Origin: Octopus sinensis
Taxonomy: Eukaryota
DNA length: 64,000 nucleotides
Direction: 5' to 3'
Assembly: GCF_006345805.1 (NCBI RefSeq)
Contig: NW_021832276.1
Coordinates: 1 to 64,000, forward strand
Under the pieces are notes generated by a model. It had not been told where the DNA came from and searched no databases. It was given only the letters and a program-made list of their open reading frames with translations. Both the position numbers and the translations under genes were made by a program. Below are positions 53,811 to 64,000 of this stretch, in pieces; the first letter of the stretch is position 1; each line of letters begins with the position of its first letter.

Positions 53811-53970
53811 AATATAATCGAGACAAAACCACTATTTTAAAACCAAACAAGGAAAGATTAATCAATTACATAAAATTGTAATAATATTAATTTATATTAA
53901 AATGTTATGTATTGATTAAGTCTTTCCTTGTTTGGTTTTAAAATAGTGGTTTTGTCTGAATTATATTATA
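53811..53970. repeat. About 80-bp-arm imperfect hairpin formed from PLE-type pLTR sequence
   Basis: gacaaaaccactattttaaaaccaaacaaggaaaga.. pairs with tctttccttgtttggttttaaaatagtggttttgtc. Homologous to 26230-26300. Confidence 0.8.
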
Positions 53971-53982
53971 TAGATATATATA

Positions 53983-54031
<49 letters not shown>

Positions 54032-54084
54032 AATGAGTGTGGTATTTGTGTCTGTGTATGTATGTGTTGGTAATATATTCGTCA

Positions 54085-54195
54085 TTGAGTGGGCTGGAGC
54101 AACGTGAAAGGCAGTGTTTTAATCAAGAACATGATGCATCCGGTTCAGGAATCGGAACATCAATCTTATGATCATGAGCCCGACACCCTAACACA
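54085..54195 (-). mobile_element. Fragment of a tRNA-derived SINE (further family)
   Basis: ggagcaacgtgaa..gtgttt..tcaagaac..ggaatcg..atcttatgatcatgagcc..cacccta reads as the reverse complement of a tRNA-like head plus central domain. Confidence 0.45.
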
Positions 54196-54819
54196 AAGAC
54201 ATCTGGTTCCACTCACTGTATGTGCATATATACATACATGAACATCACACACACGCATGTTTGTGTGTGTGTGTTTGTGTGTAATAAAGTTAGTGAAGTT
54301 TTCAGAAGACTACGCTTCACTGATGAGGTTTAATAACAGGGAAGCATTTCCTTTGTTGTGACCTTATCCGCTAACAGACGTGTGAATGTACGTCGTTGTA
54401 GAAACTTATTTAGTAGTCAATGCCTTAGTGAAAGGTATTTCTTGCTCATGGAAACAGGAATGTCTATAATTAAATATTGAATAGAGGTTGAGCTCGTTAC
54501 AGGCCTAAGTATAGCTTCTGCTCAATGGAGCTGTTTTTGTGAATCACACATACTATTGACGTTGTCGCAGGAACTGTTTACAAGAACAGACAGACAAAAA
54601 TCATACAAATCGTATTTCAGGGTTTTAAAAAGGGGGAGAGCGACATAATATATCCAGAACAACGTATACGAGGGAAAACATGGGCTTAAACAATGAACGT
54701 TCAGCGCTAGAATAGTTTTGTTAGTTAATCACGGCTCGTACACGCCAGCAAACCGCCACCATTTTCCCACCACCACCACCAGCAACAACAACAACAACAG
54801 CAGCAACAACAACGAATCG

Positions 54820-54994
54820 TTTACTCTTTGTACTTATTCTATCGGTCTCTTTGGCCAAACCGCTAAGTTATGGGGACGTAAACCACATCAGTTGTCAGCG
54901 ATGCTGGGGAACAAACACAGACACACAAACACACACACATACACACACACATACACCACACAACACACACACACCCACCACACACCACACCACA

Positions 54995-55030
<36 letters not shown>

Positions 55031-55194
55031 GACGGGCTTCTTTCAGTTTCCGTCTACCAAATCCACTCATAAGGCTTCGGTCGGGGCTCGAGACTATAGC
55101 AGAAGACACTTGTCCAAGGTGCCATGCAGTGGGACTGAACCTAAAACCATGTGGTTAGTAAGCAAGCTACTTAGCACACAGCCACTCCTACGCC
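54820..55194 (-). mobile_element. tRNA-derived SINE family 2 (3'-deleted)
   Basis: The reverse complement begins ggcgtaggagtggctgtgtgctaagtagcttgcttactaaccacatgg..ttcagtcccactgc. Confidence 0.85.
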
Positions 55195-56315
55195 TAAAAC
55201 AATTATAGCACAAACTACATTAGAAGCAATATGAAGGATGTGTAAGTGGTAGGTCGAATTCTATGAAATAGTAGCAAAATCACTAAACGTTAGACATCAC
55301 TCTCAAGAATAGAAAACAAGCGCTGCAGTTAGCAAAACAAGGAACACAGGATGTATTGTAATGTCTTAGACCAAAAGTTTTATTGACCAATGGTGACTCA
55401 GAGGCAAATTACACCAAGAACGAAGCTGCTATTAATGTGAAAAATAAAAATATATCATCTGTTTCTATTGATTAATTCAGCCCTCAACACATTAAGTACA
55501 TATGCTTTCTGTCTGTCTGTCTGTCTCTCTCTCTCACTCTCTTTCTCTCATCCTACTATCTCACTCCACAGCTTTTGTTTTCACACTTGCTCAGCATCCT
55601 GTTTCGGTTAATGTCATTAGTACTGCACTCACACATACCATCAGGCGACTCCAGCAGCAATGCGTGTTCGCTAAGAGAACATGTTATGCAACCGACCATT
55701 CCGGCACGTCATTTATGCATTAAATCGTACACAGAACAGATCATTCTCATATATACATACATATATGCATGCATACATACATATGTACACACATACATAC
55801 ACACACGCATGTATGTGTGTGGGTGTACGTGTGTATGTATGTGTGTATATGTATGTTAAAACTTATTGGTTCTCAATATTACAGCCTTTATCAAACCTAT
55901 TCAACAGCATAGTTTATTATCTTTCATATAGAACAATAGATCTATAAAGCGATCTATAAGTATGTGTATATGCGTGCGTATGTGTATGAACGTGCGTACC
56001 GTAATGTTTTAACGCTTAATCAATAACCTATCAGTACTTCCGTCCTTTTTTCTATTAGAAATGATGGACGGTAAGACATTTATAGAGCATATTGTGCAAG
56101 TAAGCTGCAATATAAGACTGCGTATATATATATATATATATATGCACATATATATATACATATATACATATATACATATATATATATGTATATGTGTGCA
56201 TGTATGTATGTATATATATATAGATATATATATGGATATCTACATTATATATATATATTATATATATATATGCATATATTATATATATATATAATATATA
56301 TATATATATTATATA

Positions 56316-56382
<67 letters not shown>

Positions 56383-56409
56383 ATATATATAACATGCCCT
56401 AAACACTGG

Positions 56410-56583
56410 ACCATTGCGCCCAGTGGTTAGGGCAGCGGTCGTAGGATCGCGGTTCGAATTCCCAGACCGAGGCTCCGGCAAGGTGGAGGGTCGATCCCTG
56501 CTGTACTTTTTCGCCTCACTCTTTCTTCTATTGGCCTGCTCGCTGGCATCATTTGAAGGCTATAACAATATCACAGGATCACA

Positions 56584-56590
<7 letters not shown>
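56410..56590 (+). mobile_element. SINE family 3, internally deleted copy
   Basis: cccagtggttagggcagcggtcgtaggatcgcggttcgaattcccagaccg|aggctccgg..gatccctgctgtact..ttggcctgctcgct|ggcatcatttgaaggcta aligns to 28138-28441 with deletions. Confidence 0.75.
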
Positions 56591-56617
<27 letters not shown>

Positions 56618-57012
56618 GTCAATTTCCGGACCTTATCCGAAGAGATTTGCTCTAGGTAACAATACAAATCAGTACAACACGTGTCAATGGTCGTGCTGTC
56701 TGCAATTAACTAACTGCAAGAAAAGTCACCCATCATACTTGCACATGCTGAGGCGGGTTTTCTGTGGGGTACACATTCCAGAAAGAAAAAATTACACCTT
56801 TCAAATGCCGGTTGAAATAATATCAGACTTTGTTAAAATCTGCAATGTTGCTTCTGGGTATTCCGCCTTTCTGATTTTTTTCTTATATTCATATATTTAT
56901 AGTCCCAAAAATATACCCGGGATGCGTTGTACACCCACATACACAACACACACATATATATACACACACGTATATATACATATATATATATGCATATATA
57001 TACATATATATG

Positions 57013-57068
<56 letters not shown>

Positions 57069-57202
57069 CGTATGTAATGTATTAGGTTAGTATTATAAAA
57101 TGTATCTCTTAAAACCGTAGTCAGTACTGCATTAACTTTGGTTAAGAAGATATCTACACATACAAATGCATATACATACATATAAATACATAGTTGCACA
57201 CA

Positions 57203-57266
<64 letters not shown>

Positions 57267-59509
57267 CAACAAAAAACCTCTAATGGATTTGTTTACGTGT
57301 GCACAGTGAGCACAGTAAATATTCTCCTATTCATTAATTATCCTTTATTTCTATGATGCACGTTTTTATCGATAAATGTAATCTTAAGCACAATTTTAAT
57401 TGAAACACGTCCTCTATCATGCATCCTTGACATTTCCAGGTGGTATATTCTACTTAAGGTTATTGACCATCCCACTTTTAATGATGTTTACTCTTAATTA
57501 AATTTAAAGAAACTTATCCTTAATACTTTTATTCTATGTATATTGTGTTTCAGTTGATTTCAAATACACTTTTTCGTATTCTTTCAAATTAACATACTTT
57601 TTATTCGTCGCATTTTACTCACATTCTCATTCAGTGTAGCAAGTAAATATTAGAACAGACACTATACTAAAATGTTGCAAATTAGTGTCATTTTCAATTT
57701 ATAGTTGAATTATTTCATTCTAATTTTATCGCAGATGACTTCCAGATGGCACTAAATTTACAAAATCATGTTTTCTCCTAAGGTTATGGGAGTCTATGCC
57801 TAACAGATCCGACCAGAATTTCTGTCACAATTACAGTGTAGTGTCTACTAATAGAAGCAGCAGGCCGCAACATCATTTTGATAATTGCTTAAAATTGTTT
57901 CATTTAGTTTTCATTATAAAAGCTATTTTAACCACTTATAAATAAATCCCAAATCCCATTGTACTTGCATTTATAATATTGGTAATGCGCCAGTGAAAGG
58001 ACATTTCAACGAAGGGTCCTTTATGTTGTCATTTCACCATCTAAAAAACCTACCAAACCAGCCTCAAATCATATCCTACTGCCTTAAAAAGAAGAAAGGA
58101 CACATTAGGCAGCGTATTCCTTCACATCCCTAAAAGGAAAGAGCGATAACAGCTGAAATGCATTTGACCATAGAGTTGTTCAATCGTAGACGAGGTGATC
58201 TAAACAATGATAACAAACAACAGTTGTCATTTTGGACCTCGTGAAAAGAACCCCGTGTTCATAGGATTAAGTAATTGTTTCACATTGACACATGTATTTT
58301 GTAAGGGAGGCAGGTTCATTTCGCCAAGGTGTTAAATTTATAATTTCCCTTCGTTCGAATGACATGTGTTATATTATTAATCTTTGTCTCATACAATGTA
58401 CAGGAATTAATTGCAAATGTAAACACTAAGGGATTTGTAGAGGAGCAATTTTAAATACCTAAAGAAAACATTGTATGCTTGGCACGACATAACGCTCGAG
58501 TAATTATCCTAAAGATGAACTCAGTACCTCGTTGAAATTGCTTTAGTATTAACATTTAACTGTTCCATATTTGATACAAGGAAAATAGCAGCTTACTGTA
58601 GTTGATGCAATGCGATGACACAATTTTTCTCTTTCAATAACAGATGCTGTAACTATGTGGTTAATATATGTCATTCATTTTAAACTGACTAGTATTGCAG
58701 TCGCAAATAAAGTTGTTGTTGTGTTTTTTGTGTGTGTGTGGATAATGAAGGTAACTAAGTAAATGATAATTGGCTTCCTTCCAAAGAAAGCTGAGTTTTA
58801 GTTAATCATTGCTAGAAAAGGATTAAATTTATTTGTTAAATACAAAGAAATTTACTTTGAAAAAGAATTGTCAAAATTTACTTCCAAAAACAAATAAATA
58901 TATCTTTAAAAGAAAAAAAAACTACCAATAATATATCTTTGAATAAAATAAATAAAGTTTTAATTTGAATCAAAGAAGATTCCAGCTTGAATTCACAGGA
59001 GTATGCTTCGTTTCCATCACCCTACAACACCCACGCCTAACCTCAGAGCTACCTTAACGATTGAGAGCTTTTCAATTTCAATTTTTACATTTATTTCCAA
59101 GAAATGTTCTTAATTTGCATGATAAATTGTAGTTTTTATGGTAAATCACTTCTTTTCCTAAAGCTCACATCATCTGCAACTGTTAACCGTTGTTTTTCAT
59201 GGTAATTTCTTCTGTTCTCACTACCCTACAGATATATTAGCTTTCATACGCATGTTATTTTACAACAAATTGATTTTCCTTTTCTTGTACATTTGAATCT
59301 AGCTTTATGCTCGATTGTTTTATGAATGATTAACATCAGACTTGTAAGTAGAACACCTCATAGGAAAAGTAGTTTCTTGTAAGAATTGTTTAGAATTTGC
59401 TGAATTCCTACTTCACTTGGTGTTTCAATATGTAAGTTGTGTCGATCAAGCCATGGTCTGATAATCTTCATCATTGATTTTTTGTGTGTATGCATATAAA
59501 TATATATAC

Positions 59510-59540
<31 letters not shown>

Positions 59541-61873
59541 CATGTACCTCCACAGAAAGTTTTAAGTAACCATATATAAGACATAAACAGTTTGCGTAGG
59601 TGTCCAGAATAGATCTGGCTTCTGGCAAGAAAGTGACACTTCAAGTCATTCAGAGAAATTAAAATATGAGCTGGTGTAAAACATAGACACAAAAGATTAT
59701 AATTATGCGACGCAGACCGTATTATCTCATAGGTCTAGATATACAAGATCTTGTGATGTGTGAGCAAGTTCTGAGTTTCAATAATCAGTTTGAACTATTT
59801 CATTCTATGAAAGATTTTCATATTGGAAAGGCAAGTTGCAGAGGAGAATTTCTCAGCACGGGTCTTGGAAGCTCTGTGCATGTTATTTCATTTCGAAACT
59901 GTGACCATTTTATTTCTTCTATTCAACAATAATGTCAGTGCAAATGCTCAAGTATAGCACGCTCTTTCATCACATGTAACCATTTTTTGACATATGTTGA
60001 CGAAAGTATTATGAGACTAGCTAACTGAGGGCCGTAGAGTATAACACACACACTCATTAACAGCCATAACCAACTCCTTTTTATACACTCAGATTCCCAA
60101 TCTGTTTCACAATGTCATGAAAATAACATTTTCCAATATCCCCTCGTACTAGAAAATAAAAAAATCAATAACCTCCCCGTGATTAAAATCCCGTTCATTA
60201 CAACTTCTTTATAAATGACTATTGTCCATACCTGTGTTCTATATTGCTGATAATGACATGTTAATTAGCTCCAGGCTTTCATTTATGAGCACTGAGAATT
60301 TTCAACGTTAATGGAAACAGAGTTTATTTCTCTGTAGTCGTATGCAAAAGGCAATGGGAAAGAAGGAAATTTCCAGTCTCATTTGTATTTGTTTCCTGTT
60401 TATGTGAATGAATGCATCCTACAAATCCTATTAATTTGTCTTCATCTCGTGTAACAATTGCATCACATTTGAACAGAAGTCGTCTTTCTAATGTGAGGTA
60501 ATATAAAGATACGTACGTCATTCGTAGCATGTATAATCTAAATAGTTATTGTGCCATCATATAGTACCTGTTTGCAGAATGTTACACTTGGCTTTTTTAG
60601 AATAAAATATTCTGTAGCCCTCCTAATGATATACCAAAGCCGTACAATTTGTGCTGGCTGCAGCTTTCTATAGTTATATAATATATAATTACATAATGTT
60701 CTTTGAAATGTATAACTTTTACTGCAGTCATATACGCCATCATCTCTCCTTTAATGATCTCTGTATTCATAAATATGTCAATAATTAAAACAATTCTAAA
60801 GACAGCATTTTTATATTTTCCTTAGTTGAACCGAATTTTTTTCCTTTCAATTCATATAATTTATTTCAACTCAAACGTTTGTAACAACAACGTTTTGCAA
60901 TTAATAACTCTAAAGTTTGGACATGTTAATGGAAACATTTTTAACCAAAAAGTACTTCCCTTCACATATAGTTTCGTCTTAATTCCCATGACGATCTTAT
61001 TTTCAACTTCTCAGTGGTAGCTTTTTCTTTATAGCTTAAATTTCCGTACCGTATAACATATAGAAATTAAATTATCACCCATAAATTACCACAGTGAAAT
61101 TATGTAAAGTAAACTTGACAGATTAAATATTCACAACCAATTTTTAACGGCTGTTTGATTTAGTTGATAATCAATATATCTGCTGCAAAGTGGTTTCTTG
61201 GGTTTATTAAGTGGCATACTAAAAGCGAAAATAGAAATTCTTCTAAACAAAAATATGTGAAATTATTTCACTCCCCATTAAAAATTTTCTTCATGTACAA
61301 TCCTCTTCCATATAGTTTTTTCTTCTCTTGATTTTAGATTTTTCATGATTTCAATTCCCTATAGTCCGTGTCTACATCCTACCTCACTCCCGTTTTCTGT
61401 CACCCTAGTTGTTTTAGCTCTTTATTTTTAATCTATTCTTTATGGTTATTATCAAATGCCTTATCTTCCATATCAGACTCTTCTTTGCAATGACAGTCGA
61501 TCATAATTCATTATGGTTTGTATTGATTTATAGCAGAAACATATGCAGTCTGACATATTTCCTCACACACACAAATAATCAGTATTACATACATATGCAC
61601 ACTCAAACAGCGACACACTCACACAGCAAAATTATTCAAATAAATTTTTACTTTTTCTTATGTTGGATAATGGCAAATACGGTATCAGAGTACATCAAAC
61701 GAGCTAAAAGTTTGCAACAAATACAACGCTGCCACACCACAGTTGTTCCAAGTATTCAGTTCTTATTTCCAGCATATTATCTTTACGCGACTTACAAAAT
61801 TAATGATCCTAGCTTGTGGCCTAAGAAGTGATGCCTTGACAAAACAGAAGTATCATATATTAATTAGTGCTAT

Positions 61874-62090
61874 GGCGGTGAGCTGGCAGAATTGTAGCGT
61901 GCGGATCAAAATGCTTAGTGATATTTCATCCGTCCTTTACGTTCTACATTTAAATTCCGCTGAGGTCGACTTTGCCTTTCATATCTCGGACTCAGTAAAA
62001 TAATAACCAGGTACGCATTGGGATCTAGATGATCATCTAGCACATTCACCCGAAATTTCATGTTTTGGGCCAATTACAAAAAGGACATTG
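61874..62090 (+). mobile_element. SINE family 1, diverged
   Basis: ggcggtgagctggcagaattgtagc..aaatgcttag..ctttacgttct..aaattccgctgaggtcgactttgcctttcat. Confidence 0.75.
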
Positions 62091-64000
62091 ACTTAGTCTA
62101 TACTTAATATTAACCGTATGTAAACGTAAGATAATCTCCCAAAAGGTCGGGCCTGCAAGATGGTTCCCATTCACAGTTTAAGTCAAATCAGTTTTCTTAA
62201 TTTGAAGTACATTAAGGGGAAGTATGTTTATTACGAGGAACCTTTCTGTTATATCAAAATAAGGTATTTGTTATGTCTATTTTACATCTGTTTTCTTACA
62301 AAGGACGGAGAACTGACAGAAAGTGGGGAACAGCCAACGAAATTTATTGTTTTCTGTATCATTGCAAGTTAAAATACTGCTAAGGGTAAATATATCAACT
62401 AAACCATCTAATTCTATGAAATAAATGGCTAGAAGAGGTATAAGGTAAAATGGGTAGGTAGGTCAAAATAAGTCATTTCTGAGTTCCTTACTCTTTACTT
62501 GTTTGCAACTATTACAATACACCTTTGGTATCATCATTTTGTACAGCTGCATCTTCTTTGTGAGTACAGATTGTTTAGCATTGTCGTTACTGCTGAAATT
62601 GAGAGACTTTGAAATATAGTCAGGTGACAAGTACTTTTATCGGGAAATTTTTCCTCTATTTTGACCCGATATTCACTGTTTCATTCCAAGTCAATTTATG
62701 TTCTCAGGAATATCTAATTTAATATATTTCAATTTACAGCTGTCTAAAGCAGCCAAAATGACTAATATCAAATTTCAATAATTTTTTCTCTTGCACAGCT
62801 TGGTGCTTGGCTATATCAGGAAGAGAGCCATTCTAAAACATCGTGAAGCCACCCCAACAGGTCAAAATTTCAGATTTAGAAAATTTTCATATCATGTGCC
62901 ATTTTTCTGTGATTCTCTTTCATTTGACCAAGATATTTTTTCAACCTTTGTTGCATTTCTGATCTTTTTGATATCTAAGGATGGATATTAATATATACGA
63001 GTCTTTTACGAATATAATTCTGGAGAACTGAAAAAAGCAAATTTACTTTAATTTGTCTTATTCATTTTTCTCTACTCACATTTGTCTTTTATATGCTCAA
63101 AGAGAAAATAGGATCCTTTTCTGAGTGTTCTGAATGTTACAGTATGTTTAGTGGATTTAGAGGTCATTTGCTTAACTGATATAGATTTCGTCAAGTAGTG
63201 AACATTTGTAATTTTCTTTCATCAACAAAAAAAACCTGCAAATATTACTCTTACATTTAATCAAATTTTAATATTATCAGACACATTAAGTTCTTCTTTT
63301 CGCTTAAAGGAAGTTGCATGCCTCTCTCTGTGTATGCCAAATGTAACCCATATTTTACATTTATTTACTAATTAAGCGAAACTTTTAATTCGCTATTTGT
63401 TATATTAATCCCTTACTGTCGATTTTACATTGGAGCCTTTGTGCTTGAAAAATTACCATTTCTTGTCATTCAACGTATTCGATATACATGAGTGAATCAG
63501 TTGATAGGGGGTTACATTTTATCTGTTTGCTCCGAAACAGATACCACACAAATACAAAAGAAAAAGAAAATTAAAGAACAGGCTTTCCTATTGGCTTGGA
63601 AATTTTCAATAGTTCAGCGGTGCGGAATAGTTTCAAACATGTCATAAATGCACAGCTCACGGCAAGTCATTATTTACTGTCTAACGAAAAGGAATAGCAA
63701 AATAAGAGACTTTGCAATCTTCTTTTTTCTTCTTCCTTTTCTTGTGCAATAAAAAGATCGAAATTAATGGAACTGTCTGATTTTGAAAAAAGAAATCATT
63801 TCTTTTTTAAATAAATCTAGAAATTACATTTCTGTGTTTCCCCAGTTTCATTTGTTTTTGCATTGCTACAATTCCAATTTCAATAAAGACTTCAATTACA
63901 AAATCTTACGAAATTTTGCCAATGTTACTTCTGAATGTTATTATTTATTCAAAACTGAAATAGATCCTCTGGCTAATTAATAATATCGTATTAGATGTTT

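Noticed and set aside
54314-54350. CTGATGA GGTT taat AAC.. motif
   Set aside because: GAAA is replaced by gggaag and there is no stem I or III pairing.

Overview
AT-rich eukaryotic non-genic or intronic DNA, saturated with microsatellites ((TA)n, (CA)n, (TACA)n, (ATT)n, (CTAT)n). The repeat families suggest a cephalopod (Octopus-like) genome; this is inferred from recall, not a database search. No intact host CDS, rRNA, tRNA or CRISPR array can be supported, and almost every ORF in the supplied track is a microsatellite read-through. What can be supported is a set of decayed mobile elements: Penelope-like elements (PLEs; RT-thumb/linker and GIY-YIG remnants plus terminal pLTR pieces), an RTE-clade LINE 3' end, a Dong/R4-like LINE 3' end in (TAA)n, two mariner transposase fragments, a non-autonomous Helitron, and three or four tRNA-derived SINE families. 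The strongest hidden signal is a set of type I hammerhead-ribozyme folds from several unrelated sequence families. Two have a canonical core (6445-6530, 26167-26209), one has a U3-A8 variant core (37072-37116), three copies share a non-canonical CUGUUGA+A core (2273-2309, 8689-8724, 52110-52147), and one is degenerate, downstream of a GIY-YIG ORF (4924-4967). Large inverted duplications at 22.0-28.6 kb and some tandem duplications differ mainly by small indels, so they may be long-read assembly artefacts. A few isolated exon-like segments hint at a host gene but are unproven.
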